A DNA stretch of 64,000 nt, taken from Lenisia limosa. Lineage: Eukaryota > Protista > Breviatea. Both the position numbers and the translations under genes were made by a program. Shown piece by piece: positions 1 through 12,770 of this stretch; positions within the stretch are counted from its first letter, which is position 1; every line of letters begins with the position of its first letter. The stretch lies in NCBI GenBank assembly GCA_001655205.1, contig LPNZ01011689.1, forward strand, positions 6,941 to 70,940. The letters are read 5' to 3'. Under the pieces are notes generated by a model that was not told where the DNA came from, did no database searches, and saw nothing but the letters and a program-made list of their open reading frames with translations.

Positions 1-84
1 TGGATAGGGTAAAACATACTAATAAATCGCAAAACATAAAAAGTGAATTACATTCATGATATTGCTTTGTTCCCTGATCCTTGA

Positions 85-3000
85 TCATGCCCCCCCCCCC
101 CCCNNNNNNNNNNNNNNNNNNNNNNNNNNNNNNNNNNNNNNNNNNNNNNNNNNNNNNNNNNNNNNNNNNNNNNNNNNNNNNNNGGAAGCAGGGTCGGCAT
201 CGTTGTCGGAAGCGGAAGCGGAAGATGACGTCGCCAGAGGGCGGTATGAGCGGGATGGTGGGGGTGGGGATGAGTCATCATCGGAATCATCGGACTTGGC
301 ATCGGCTATGACAGTCCGAGAAATGGCCCGAGATGTTGCGAGTGAGGGAGTGTAGACGTGGGGCTGTGGAGACGGTGTGGCATGGAGGGGTGTGGACCGT
401 GACGATGAGAGTTGCGGCGGTTCACTCGAAGACGACTCACTGTCCAAACTCAGATCACTATCTGACTCCTAAATAATCAGTACCAAGCTGAAAAGGCCAG
501 GCAAGAGAACGACCAGGCCAACTTCGATTTGTGTTGGTTCAGGGGGGCAGTCATCTGATGCGCTATCGCAGTCGCTTTTGGCCATGATAATAGTGGAGGC
601 TTTTGAGTCGTCGGAGTGCAATTCTTCAGCCTGTACAAATCAGCCAAAAGAGACGGCCAAAAAGAGATGACTAAAAAGAGACGGCGATTCTAACCCACCG
701 TCAGGTAGTCGTATTCAAGACGAACGGTATTGAAGCTCAGCATAGGTTCAAAGTGGATTTTGTCCAAAAAGGAGGCCATGAACGATACCTGAAATGTCAC
801 TGAGAGCTCAGATCACTTACAGAAAACTCAAAGTCGTGTTCGCACAGTATCCTGAAGTCCTTAAAATATTGTCCAAGTTTGAGTGGAGAAACCAAGCGGT
901 CACGGGTGATGACAGCCCGGATGAAAGATTGCTGGAATGGTGAGATGTTAACGTCCTTTTGTATTAAATGGCATAATACAAACATATACTGTATGTATGA
1001 TATTAGAAGCGTATCATATAAAACAAGGACTCACAATGCTTGAATAGGCCTCAGGAATAAACACTTGAACAGGTTCCCCCCTTAAAAGTCAGAGCCATCA
1101 AGTGAGTGTTGCCATCAGGAACTCAAAACTGTCAACAGACCTCATGATAACTAGAGCGATGACATAGGGATTTCCACGGATCTTCAATTCGTCGAAGTTG
1201 TTGTAGGCGTCCAGCACCAAGTCTGCTGAGACCTTCCTCCAGTTTTCATGCATTGGATACAATTCTTTGTGTTGAAGAGCGGAGATAAAGAAGTCTACAA
1301 CAGATTATGGTCCAACAAAACGATTACCTCTCTTGTGCCTTTTGATTTCGTGCGGTCCAAAGTAGTCGAGTGCCCAAAGGATTGAAGGAACATAGCTTAT
1401 ATCCGAAAAACCCTTGCACAGTGTGATATAGTGCTTCAAGACAATCACATTATTGCTGTATTGCCGCTGGTTTTGAAGAATTGGTGAAGAAAAGAGCAGG
1501 GAGAAGTCCTTTGGGTCGCTGCACTTTTGAATGCAGGATATCAATTGCTCCTGAGAAATTAAAGTCAAAAAACATAATACAAGGACGAAGCCCTTTAATC
1601 ATCCCCTCAAACAAAATAATTGTCATTGGTATTGGAAGGAAGGAAATTCATGAGTTTGATGAAGAACTTCTCCAGCACGAATTGACGCATCCTTGAGGCG
1701 TGGCGCCAAAACTGGAAGAAGAACGTCTGGAGGCCCTGGTCTGCATAGGAAATGAGCTTGAGAAGTCGGACATTGCCAGACACATCAAGCTCAGTGTCAG
1801 AAAGCTGTGAGGATAAGAGGAACAGCAGAAAACGATCCTACCAAGTGCGGGAGATGAGAGCAAAAAGTGAAGATCTGTACTAAGTCCTCGCTTGCAATTT
1901 CCGCCAAACGCTTCATTTCTTGAACAAACTGGCGTGGGGGTAAAGGAAACTGGCGTGGGGGTAAAGGAATCGATGAAGAATAAAAGTTGATAGGTACTAC
2001 CACGAACCTAGTAATCTGCAAAAACAAAAACAAAGCAATTATGATCACCACTCATTGAAGGCAGATAAAAAAACGATAGTGAAAAAAAGAAAAAAGAGAG
2101 AGCCAGTGGGTCAAGAGGCAGAAATGGCAGTTGTATCCATCAAATATTCCAAGGAAGCGTGGGAGAATAAGTGCTTACCTTTCGATGCGAAACGTCGTTA
2201 GAAGTATTGGAAGTCTGTAGAGTCAGAAATTATTATCAGTCCCCATCCAATGACCTGGACCGCCCCCCCCCCTTACGCCAAGGCACCCAATGACCTGGAA
2301 GAAGACCTCCATGAGAACCGTGATTTTGGGTTCACTACACAGTGAGAAGGGGAACGAGCCAGCATACCAAGGGCTGCGGAGGGTGAAAAACTCAGTGGGG
2401 AATTCAGGCTCCAGCGTGGCAAAGTGACCGGATGTTGTTGGGTACTCCAGCACGTCTTTGAGTAGGAGCTAGAGAAGTGAGACGGCTGAGGTTCTCAAAA
2501 CCTTTGTTTCGTTGTTTTTGGTGACAAAGAACTTCCACCAGTTCTGGCGCGTTGAGGGGCTTAAGTACATTTGACGCAGCTCTTCACAGTGCATAAGCGG
2601 GAGAATGCAGTGCTAAGGGTGAATGAGATTCAATAATGCCAAGCCTTACTCGCTTTGTATTGATTTGGTGAGCAGAGTATGGGAAGCCTTGGCTAATTAG
2701 GTACTCAGCAAGCTTCGGGTTAAGGATCGCAACGGCATTGGCCAATGGGATGGAGCACTAGACGATGAGCAAATCGTTTAGTAACAGTAAAGAAAAACAG
2801 GGGTGACACCCTACCGTATCAAATCGTTTATCAAGATTGTTTTCTCCCTCCATGCCAGGGGAGCCTAAAAGGGTAATGTTTGTACAACTTAGACTCCAAG
2901 ACAATACTCACAAGTCCCCCCGGGGCCTACATTTGGAATAGACCAAAAAGGACTCAATCTCTTGACTTCTAAAAAGAGCGACCATGGAAGAAGCCGATGT

Positions 3001-3990
3001 CATCATTTCTACAAAGTAACAAACAAAACCCTTCCTAAAAGCTAGGAACTCGAGATTTCACTCAACCAACTTTTGGCCTTTTCAAGAGTAGTGATAACTA
3101 GCAACGTCTTCAAGTTACTGAGTTGAGTGTGGTATGAGTGGTCTGTGGAGTGAGGCAATGAACGATAAGCAGAATAGGACCGCCCTCCCCACCACTCCAC
3201 GCAATGCCAAGAAAAGCCAAGAACTGTAGGACCGCCCTGTCTTTGAAAAGGGCGTTTTTGAGGCTACGGTTAACCTCCTGCGTGTTGAAGCACATCAGTC
3301 CCATTATCACAAAGAGAAGAGACCTTGGAATACTCTCTGAAACAGAAGACGTGACACAGTCGAGCATTGCTTTGCGAATTTCATGACCTGGTGCATAAAA
3401 TTAAGAATAAGTAGTCAAAGCCAATATTTGATTGCCGCCTTTACGCCAATCTTCATCCAACATTGAACGTTCCTTGGTTACCCCCCCCCCCCAACTGTCC
3501 TGCTGCCTTCGTTTTTGGAGGCTGTCTCGAACACTGATAAACGAACTGAAGTTCCTCAGGCTATTGTGGATGTTCTTCTTGTTGAGGGCGACCACGGTCG
3601 TGTCCATCTTCTAAGATGGATAAGAGTTGATCAAAAACTCGGTGGGGGAGCATAAATAAGAAGGATGAATTTCATTGAAAGCAAGGAAAGAAAAAAGAGA
3701 AAAAATCAGCAGCAAACTCACATTATCAACTTGAAAGAGGCTATTTTCAAGAGCTAACTTATGGAAAAGCTGTTTCAGACTTTCCATGCTCTCGGCAGGA
3801 AAGTGAGTAGAGCGACTAATAGTGAGGTAGTCCCTCATTTTGCCTTGTCTGAGGAGGACTTTCTGCTTAAACAATTCTACTCTTTTACTATTATATTCTG
3901 GTCAGGAAAAGGCCACAAGAAGGGGACTACAACCATCCTTGCTAGACCATTGTCAATCTCCCTTTCAAACTGTCCTTCCTTCCTTACTTA
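85..3990 (-). CDS. Uncharacterised large multi-exon protein with an acidic/Ser-rich C-terminal region; both ends uncertain
   Basis: Chain of exon-like open frames bounded by GT/AG, e.g. PEYNSKRVELFKQKVLLRQGKMRDYLTISR, HEIRKAMLDCVTSSVSESIPRSLLF, LEYPTTSGHFATLEPEFPTEFF, YPMHENWRKVSADLVLDAYNNFDELKIRGNPYV and SDDSDDDSSPPPPSR. No family recognised. Confidence 0.5.
1926..1967. repeat. 21-bp tandem duplication (2 copies)
   Basis: aaactggcgtgggggtaaagg x2. On the minus strand it contains a pyrimidine tract plus CAG. Confidence 0.9.
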
Positions 3991-4163
3991 TTGCAGCCCC
4001 TAATAATAACCTAATAATAGTGTGTAATAATAACACGTAGTTACTCCTGCTTTCTCTCAACTTTCTCTCCTCCAAAAATTTAAACAAAATGCCTCGAATA
4101 AATGGGGGTCGGCCCAACCAAAAATAGTGCTTTATTGCTTTGTGCTGATCGCAGAGGTTGCTT

Positions 4164-4524
4164 CAAGGGGCTGAGACTCCCAGAAAAACATACAGTCAGT
4201 TTGCCATTGATCGATAAGTGGAATGTGACTGATCTTGTGTTGATCTCTAGTTGATCTCAAATTGATCGATGTAATGATCTCTCAGCATGATCTCAACTTG
4301 ATTCGATGGGTTCGATTCTCGCAGCATCTGTTTTTTTTAGTGGGTTTTTTTAAGCACATCGCCCCAACCCCAACCAAGTGAGGAGGAGAAAGGGAGAGGA
4401 AGTGGAGAGAGGAAGTTTGCTGCAGCAAGCTGTTTGATGATCTTAGTATTGATCTCAAGATGATCGTAATGATCTTTGAAGTGATCTCATAATGATCGTG
4501 TGTTTTTCTGGAGTCTCCCCCATG
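4164..4524. mobile_element. MITE-like non-autonomous DNA element with imperfect terminal inverted repeats and subterminal TGATC arrays
   Basis: Left end caaggggctgagactcccagaaaaacatac (4164-4193) is inverted relative to gtgtgtttttctggagtctcccccatg (4498-4524). Seven GATC at 4209-4289 and six at 4439-4494. No target-site duplication seen. Confidence 0.5.
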
Positions 4525-4740
4525 GGGTGTATATATCTTTGGNNNNNNNNNNNNNNNNNNNNNNNNNNNNNNNNNNNNNNNNNNNNNNNNNNNNNNNNNN
4601 NNNNNNNNNNNNNNNNNNNNNNNNNNNNNNNNNNNNNNNNNNNNNNNNNNNNNNNNNNNNNNNNNNNNNNNNNNNNNNNNNNNNNNNNNNNNNNNNNNNN
4701 NNNNNNCAAGGAATATTAACCGCTGGTCTCAACTAGAAAA

Positions 4741-6800
4741 ATGGCGAATAGTCCTGTTGCGGGTAAGTCTCCGATATTGTGTCATCTCCATCAGACGTCC
4801 AGGCTCTCCTGGCCTCGACCACAACAAAGCCGGAGCTTCCTCTCTTCTGCTCCTGCCAAGATGCGATTATTTACGCTTTCGACGAGAGACTTCAAGTTAG
4901 TGTTGTCTTCCAATTTATTNNNNNNNNNNNNNNNNNNNNNNNNNNNNNNNNNNNNNNNNNNNNNNNNNNNNNNNNNNNNNNNNNNNNNNNNNNNNNNNNN
5001 NNNNNNNNNNNNNNNNNNNNNNNNNNNNCCGTCATCCATGTCCGAATCGGAGGTAAAGAGTAGTATTTGCTACTCAATCGGTTCAGAAAGAGGAGGTCTT
5101 GTTCCTCAGAGGATTGGTTGGACTTGGAAAACTTGCCTGTATGGGACTTATGGAGTAAGTTGGGTGATACTGAGGCCTTTTGAATCAAGGGGTCTTATTG
5201 CTATAGGTGCGAAAACGAGAGGGCAACAACATTACCTCGTAAAAAGTTGGTTGTTGTACTGTTAATTGGGTCATTTACTAGTTGATATAATCATGACCTT
5301 TGAATGGTTTGAACCCTAGGGTGAGAAATAGCATTTCTGATAGTAAAGTCTTTTTATTTTGAAAAAAATGAGTGATTAGACTGATTGACCCTCACTTTCT
5401 AATATTTGTTTTATCTCTTCAGTTCCCAATTTGAGCCTCAAACTAAAGGTTTGTCAAGGTGAAAACTCCTAAGTATTATGTACAATTTCTCATTAATTTG
5501 GACAAATTTATTCAGCAATAACAGTTAAGGAGGCATAGCTCCAGCGTCGAACATAATGCCCAACACGATCATCAAAACCAAGCTCCACAAGGCTGGGCTG
5601 CAGCCATTTGGACCCCTCGTTTTTGTGGGTCTTCTTTACCATACCAGGCACACCTTGAGATTTCTATTTATGGACTAGGCAATTCTATTTCCGGATGATG
5701 CTGATGATTCTTTGGTCAAAACTGCTCTCAAAATTTTAGTTGCGGTTTGTGGCTGACAATAAAAATTGGCATATTTCATCGTACTGTGATCTTTTGTTTC
5801 ATATTTCATCGTACTTTGCTTTTTTGTTTCATATTTCATCGTACTTTGCTTTTTTGTTTCATATTTCATCATACTTTTCTATTTTGATTCATATTTTATC
5901 GTACTTTTATCTTTTGTTTCATATTTCATTGCGTAGGCGTTTGAGTTTTCAGCCGGGCCAGTGTCTACTTTGTTATCAGTATGTTAGTTTTCTTGTTGTC
6001 TTTGCCAGAATGTTTGATTTGTTGATTCCTATTTTACCCCCCAGAAAGCAACAGCATCCCATCCATACATGACGTTCATGAGGAGTAACTGCTTCCAGGC
6101 TGTTGACGCGTAAGAGTTCTACTTTGTTGTGCTCTGCTCTGTGGATTATAAATGACTCCATAGATTCCGGCATTCAATGAACTCCTCAATGCCCTTCATA
6201 GTCACCCCCATGGCGCCTTTGTCCCAGTTCTCTTCTGGCTGTTTTCTTCAGGCAGCACAAGTGAGAGCATTTCATCTTTCATTTTGCACATTGTGTCCAT
6301 CACAAAGGAAATAACCCACCAAGATTATCTCGAAAGCTGTTGAAACTGAAGGAGGGGTTGGGGCATGTCTATACCTCCACGATGAGGTGATTGCATCTTC
6401 CTTAGACCCGCTCATCACATCTTTCATCTCGGTTGGTAATAAGATAATTTTCCTGTTTTTGTTGTAGAGGAAAGTACCATTTTTTCTGCTCAGCTGCAGT
6501 TTCACTTTGCAGACATGGTTGGAGTCGGCTTCATCAGTTCCGTCAGCCCAAAAGAGACCGTCGGTTGAAGTGTATCATGTTGGCAGGGGTTCGATAGTGT
6601 TCTCTAACATGCTGCTCTCATCTAGCAGAAGGGCCAATGGTGTACTTTAGAGGACCTCACAATCCAATTGATCCATTTGGTAGTCCTTGTTCCTGTGCCG
6701 ACCTTAGGCCAAAATGCACACCGTGAGAATGGCCTTTATAGAAGAGACAGGAAACTTACTTTTCAGCGTCGCACTTCTTCTCTCATCGCTCTTTTTTCAT
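4741..6800 (-). pseudogene. Decayed coding region (pseudogene or transposon relic)
   Basis: Protein-like frames with intron-like boundaries are interrupted by stops, e.g. ...EPLPT*YTSTDGLFWADG... (TGA 6575-6577) and ...NLWSHL*STEQSTTK*NSYAST... (TAA 6146-6148, TAG 6119-6121). No family recognised; N gaps lie nearby. Confidence 0.3.
5771..5930. repeat. 30-bp minisatellite, about 5.3 copies
   Basis: Unit atatttcatcgtactttgcttttttgtttc with variants, starting at 5771, 5801, 5831, 5861 and 5891. Confidence 0.95.
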
Positions 6801-7029
6801 CAACCGCGTTTCAAACCTCAGTTCCAATTTGAGAAATGTGGGAAACAATTAAAATTGCCGTTTAATTCACTCTAGCTCCCGCCCACAGCATTCGCCCCAA
6901 GTGATTCGGTTTGTCTATAGTAACTTTTTGGGGTATAGCGTACTTTGTTTATGTTTTTCCAAATAACAACTTGTCTCATGTATTAGGATCAAAATGAGTC
7001 CAAAATTGCCGTATGGTCATCAGCAACCT

Positions 7030-9352
7030 TCAGCCTACGAGGTAAGGCTAAATTAACATCGAACAAGCATACTTACCAACCCAGGGACGGACCCAACCCA
7101 CCCAACATACACCGATGCTGACTTCAGCTCTTCAATCAATACTTTGCATGGCTGTATCAACACCAATGTTGGTTGAGTGTGAAAGGCAGCTGAACCAAAA
7201 TCAAACCTCGGGCGTAAAAAATAATTTTCCTGGATATGGTGTACAGTTTTTGTAATGAATCTGGTTTGGAGGACTGCTTTAAGACCCCTTTATTGAAAAG
7301 GTTTGATCTTCTCAGGGACAAGGACATGTCAATGACTGGGCAAACCAAGTAATCACAATGTAAGACCATTCCTTTTGGAGTCTTTTTATTTTCGCAGAGA
7401 TGATGATGGCATTTCATTTGGCCGCAAATTTGGTCCTTTGGAAATCTACTTCTTCAAACCAAGAGCAGAGTGAGCAACACTGTTCCGCTAATTATCCTCA
7501 GTATTATGGAGCTCTTTTCAATCGAGGATGAAGCACGTACCAGTGCAGCCGAACAATTTGCGATTCAGTTTTTCTGAGCTAAATGTGGGCTGCCGTTTTG
7601 GTCTAATGACCTCATTAGTTGAGGCCTCTGCAAAACCACAAGAAACTCTTTGCGCTATTGAAGGAAAGCTAAAAGTACATTATTTAAATAAATACAACCC
7701 ATTATTAGAAGAAACCTGCTTTTTGATTGAACAAGTGGACGAAAAGGCATCGATCCGAACGAACATTCAGCCTGGTAATGGATAAACAGGAGGCGGTAAC
7801 ACAGGACTTGATGGGACACTTGGCAGTGTTGGGAGTGTAGACGTTGTGCCCGAAATGGGGGACGGAAGCGAGGGTTGCTGCAGTACTTGGAGGTCTGAAC
7901 TGTCCACAGCGGATTCGATGATTGGGTTAAGTGGCGGGAATGTCATGGGAACATGTGCGTTCTAAAAAGGTCATGAAGCACCCTCTTCAAATACTCACAT
8001 TTGGTAATGGTACCCTGAGAGGGTGAAGTTCGTCTGTTTTACTCAGATCGTCGTCGCTCAAGTCGGTGTCACTGGTTGAGGGGTTGTCAAGAGTTGAAGC
8101 AAGGGACCTGGAGTATTGCGCTACCTCAGGTGGACCAACTGCAATTTGAGTTGAGAAATGAAGCACTCACTATAGTGGTCAAGAAGTTCCTTTTTCTCGG
8201 GTAGCACAACATCATCCGTTTCCAGCAGCACCCCCCCAGGATTTGGTGTCACAGCACCAGAATAGGAAAGTCGAGTCTGTGAGTGTAAAATCATAATTCA
8301 CCCAAATATGATGTCAATATCATATATTAGTAGTAAATAAATAAAAAAAAATAAGAAAAGCCTCACAGCATATGGAGGGTGACTTGACTTCTGCGTTTCT
8401 GGCGCCTAGAGTGTCACTCGGTAAAAGCTCTGAATTCAACATCAACACACCGTAGGCCTCATGCATGATAGAGAATAAGTAGTAAAAAGTATTCATTAAT
8501 TTGTGAATATGTAACCTGAATCAATAATATTGGAAGTCGATTCATATTACACCGATATGCGTGTCATTTGCGTGAATAGCATATTTCTATGTTTTTTGAA
8601 AGTGTAACTCACTCGAATGTGATGTTCACTTGCAAACTCTGTTGTTTTCTCAATTGACCACCCCGAAAGAACTGCTTCTTTGGCAAGGCTACTTGGTGAA
8701 CACCAAAAAGACATTGAAAAAAAACAGGCTACGGTAGCAGCAAGGAATCCTTTTAAATATTTGAGCTGGTATTTTCCTTGATTAAAGGATTGTGTGATAA
8801 CCAGGTAATTGATCCAAGATTTACCTATGAATCAAACGAGACGGCAGAACTGCTGATCCACCGTACCCTATGAAACGTCAAGGGAAACAAGCAAAAAAAA
8901 AATGGAATGTATACGAGGCATTACTTACCTGATGGTTGGATATACTTGTTGAAACCATGGATATCAAGCCTATATGGCTTTCTTGGCTGGCGAGAAGCAG
9001 TAGGAGTAAAGTCGAGATCAAACGCAAGGCCAAGAGAGGAAAAGAGGTTCTCAAGGAAATCCAGATCCATGTCTTTGGAGTCTGCCATCGTCATGACTCC
9101 TCTCACTCGCTTATTAAAAGCTGCGTAATGCTTTAAACTGAGGGGCTCATTGTTCATGTAGCCATGGAGATTGACAGAGAGCTTGGCAACACTTCGCTCC
9201 CCAATCAATGGGTTGCCTACGCCTGTGCATTTGCGAGGATTAAAGATCTTCCGTACTGCTGGGGAAGAATATGGAGACATGGCAACACCAGTGCAAATCT
9301 TGCAAGGCTGTGACGAGACAGGGTGGGCTTTTTTGCCCCGAGTGCGCCCCAT
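7030..9352 (-). CDS. Uncharacterised multi-exon protein with a central Ser/Pro-rich region
   Basis: First exon MGRTRGKKAHPVSSQPCKICTG...FNKYIQPS ends at a strong GTAAGT donor near 8930. Further exons: GYGGSAVLPSRLIH, LAKEAVLSGWSIEKTTEFASEHHIR, TRLSYSGAVTPNPGG and IGPPEVAQYSR...SDDDLS. The 3' end is uncertain. Confidence 0.45.
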
Positions 9353-9943
9353 GGTGCTGATAGATAAGGGAGGCACAGCTTTCCCATCACAATAAACAAA
9401 AATACCCCAATTTACACCTTACTTTGCACCCAGACCTCCTACTTCCTTATCTAATCATATTTTACTGTGATATCTTATTAAACCAAAAATTGAAAAAATA
9501 TCTAAACTCATATAGTGACAGGAATCACACTCCCCCTCCCCTCCCCCCCAACTTTAATCTGGGCTTTTTTCCTTCTTTCTTTGGTGGATTTTACTCTTCT
9601 TCACTTCTTCAACTCTTCTTGCTACTGGCGGGCAGGTGGGGCAGGAAACAGGCAAGATGGCAAGAGGGCAATGTAGGTACAGTTTTTCCATGGGGGTTCC
9701 CGCTTCCATTTTTTTAACACAATAATTTTTTGGCCTTGTTTTTTGGCCTTCAATGAGTTGGGACAAGTGAGAGTGAGTGTTTTATTAAATAAAAGAGAAA
9801 GAAAAGAACACTATCAAGAAGGTGAGAGGTCTGTGAGAGGGGGGTGTTTTCTTCATCCCACGCAGTAAAGTTTGAAACTATGTGGACTACTATCTGCCTC
9901 AAATAATGATATATAATAAACACCTTTGGTTCATTTTCTTCAG

Positions 9944-10392
9944 GCGAACATCATGGAAGCAAACCCAGTATTTAAAAAGACTGTTAATGCAGCTTTCAGT
10001 GTAACAGGGTAAGTGATTGGATGTGCTGTATTGTCCATTCTTACCTTCAGACCTCCCTCATATCCGGGAGTTACACAAATGCATGAGAATGTAAAGATGT
10101 CAGCAAAGGAGGCAAGTCACTTCACCAAGAAGAAGAAAACTACAACCCAGGAAGCTGCTCGTGTCCCCGAGTGTCGTGCTGAGGTGTGCATGCTTTTTAA
10201 AAACAATACCCGGACAAATCTCTCCCTTGCTTTCTCCCCCTCCACCCACCCCACTACTACATAACCATCATTATGTTGAAGAGGGAAATTGAGATAAATT
10301 GTTGAACCTAGCTTGATTAGCGTAACTTCATTCCAGGTTCGATCCATGAGCAACACTGATTTGATCGAAGAGTACAGATTAGCCGATAAGTA
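9944..10392 (+). other. Short exon-like fragments with no clear start codon (possible gene relic)
   Basis: WKQNPVFKKTVNAAFSVTG, a 42-nt GTAAGT...TTCAG intron, then PPSYPGVTQMHENVKMSAKE...PECRAE in frame. Confidence 0.2.
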
Positions 10393-10761
10393 ATCAAGCA
10401 GGTGAGTGCTTGTTCACCTCTATTTATTTGATTCTTCCGCAAGTAAAACGAGAGGATATGTTGTTGGATTTTTTTATTATTATTATTTCCCATCTCCATT
10501 CCTCACTGTACAGAATCCCTGACGCCTGGCATTAATTAAAGTTCAATGTGTTTTTCTTTAGGTACTCTGTTCAACTTTGTTAAAAGGAATTAGTTGTTAG
10601 TTTATTCATTGCAAATTTCTTTCATACATGTGCCACACTTCCTCCACAGTTCCTAGGGGATTTTACGTCTTAAACAGAAGATTATTGGAAGATTATAATA
10701 TTTTCAATTATTTCATTATTTCATATGTCGGTTTCCATTTTATTCATATCCACTTAATTTA

Positions 10762-10787
10762 TCGACAAATATCGAGGAAAATATCGA
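10762..10787. promoter_or_regulatory. Triple-TCGA phased motif upstream of the 10888 gene
   Basis: TCGA at 10762, 10772 and 10784, about 100 bp upstream of the ATG. Related copies near 30100, 35254 and 49909. Confidence 0.4.
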
Positions 10788-10887
10788 CGTTGTTCTACTT
10801 TTTTTATTCCCGCGCTTTCCTCCTCTCAGCCTCTTAGACAAGTTTCTTCCAAAGAGATATCGTAAAATAGAACAAAAAAAAAAGAAA

Positions 10888-12323
10888 ATGAGGGAGAAAA
10901 AGTCCGTTTCTAAGCGGTTTAGAGTTTATGACAAAATAACTGAGCAGAGGCATGAACCTATTGTCACCTTCAACCTCGCTCCCCCTCAAATGAAAGCTAA
11001 AAAGCTTGAAGTTGTCAATCAGGCTATCAGAAATGCGAGAATACAAGAACTTGAAGAAGAGAAGAATTTCGATGAGTCTCACACATACACCGATGAAGAA
11101 CGAAGTGCCATTCGTAAGGATGATTTTAAATGACCATTATTAACTATTAAGTTGAAAGGAGGAAGGTCGATTCTTTGCGAAAGTTGGCCCAGATTGACGC
11201 TGAGATCGAGACCTTTTCCATGCAAAAACATGCAGTTTTTAAGGAATTCAAAGCGTTGAAGGATAAAGACAGTTTGAGGGGATGGTTTGGAAATGAGGAA
11301 TAATAAAATGTACAAGATGATGCTGTAATAACCTTGTGTTACTTAATATTATTATTCGTAGTGCTCCACCCCCCTTCTCCCTCTCTCTATTTTAGTGATG
11401 CGTATATTCTCGTCTTATCTTGTTTAGAAGCTGCAAAAGCCAAACTCGCGGAAGAAGAAGCCAAGCAACAATCAATTGCGGCTAAAGTGAGGATTTTTGG
11501 GAGGAAAATAAAACTCTTCTCATTTACCTTTAGATTGATACGATTGCGCTGTAATATACATGCACATTGTCTCAATGCTGTTGTTTCTTACTTCATCAAG
11601 GCTCAAGCGGCACAGGCCCAGCCACAACCCTTCAGTCAGCCCTTTACTCAGCCCCCAATCACCGCACCGTTCCCCCAACAACCTTCCGTGCCTTTTGTTG
11701 CCACACAACAAGCACCACCCAAAACCACCTACACTGCTCAACAACCCATTCCCAAGACTTCATCATATGCTCCCTCCGCCTCCTTCAATCCTAGTAATCC
11801 AAATAGTCAGCCCAGTGCCCTCCCTAGTACCCAAGGCCAACACTCACAGATCCACCAACAGCATGTCCTTCAGAACCACCCGCACCACCAGGGACAGACT
11901 CAACAGCCTAAGCCTTTCTCGAAACCTTATAACCAACGACAGGTTTGTGCTGAATTATGCTCGAAATGTTCTTACCCCTTTCAGGGACAAGGTCAGGGTC
12001 AAGGCCAGAACCAGCGATATATTCCTAATCAGCAGGTTGGATTGATTTGCTTGGAAAGCGCGAAAGATGATGATAACTCAGAGCGTAATTCTGTCTAGGT
12101 TAATCAGCAGCAAAACCGATACATGATGTATCATCCTCAACAGCAGTATCAGAACAATCAAAATGGTCGCTATCCTGTGTATAACTACAACCAGCAGCAA
12201 CAGGTATGTCGCTTATTATTCATCGTCATGCTTGATGAATGGCTATCTTTATGTCATCGCTACTTTGTTTTACTTGAATAGCCAAATCGAAATCCGAATG
12301 CACCGAATCAAGGTTGGAAATAA
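10888..12323 (+). CDS. Coiled-coil plus Gln/Pro/Asn-rich protein, possibly GPS2-like
   Basis: The spliced N-terminus ...ERSAILERRKVDSLRKLAQIDAEIETFSMQKHAVFKEFKAL resembles the GPS2 coiled coil (KHQLFLQLK motif, from memory). A long Q/P-rich tail ends PNQGWK*. Confidence 0.4.
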
Positions 12324-12770
12324 ATGACTTTTAATTGAGAAACTCAGACTTTGTGTACGGTTTTTTTTTCTCATCATAATACCCTCAATTTCAATAAAAG
12401 TGCGAATTTGTACCATATTATTTCAGACCTTGTTTTATTTCTCATCTCTATTATATGTTTAGATCATACTATTTCATACCATGGCTGTTAAAAATTGAGA
12501 ATAATANNNNNNNNNNNNNNNNNNNNNNNNNNNNNNNNNNNNNNNNNNNNNNNNNNNNNNNNNNNNNNNNNNNNNNNNNNNNNNNNNNNNNNNNNNNNNN
12601 NNNNNNNNNNNNNNNNNNNNNNNNNNNNNNNNNNNNNNNNNNNNNNNNNNNNNNNNNNNNNNNNNNNNNNNNNNNNAGATAATTGAAAATGCAGATTATA
12701 CAGTGTCAACATTAGTCCTCAGAAAAAAAACATAGCATTGACCAAAACTGAGATCTCTCAACTCAATATA

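Noticed and set aside
6100-6600. Stop-codon reassignment or selenocysteine readthrough
   Set aside because: Intact neighbouring genes terminate with TAA, TAG and TGA and have no internal stops, and no SECIS is evident.
7157-7230. LPFTLNQHWC resembling the Ulp1/C48 protease His motif
   Set aside because: It is followed immediately by a stop, no catalytic Asp or Cys motifs are found, and another frame fits the splice sites better.
8915-8935. ttacttacctg resembling the 5' end of U1 snRNA
   Set aside because: It is the reverse complement of a CAG|GTAAGT donor of the minus-strand gene, and no U1 structure follows.
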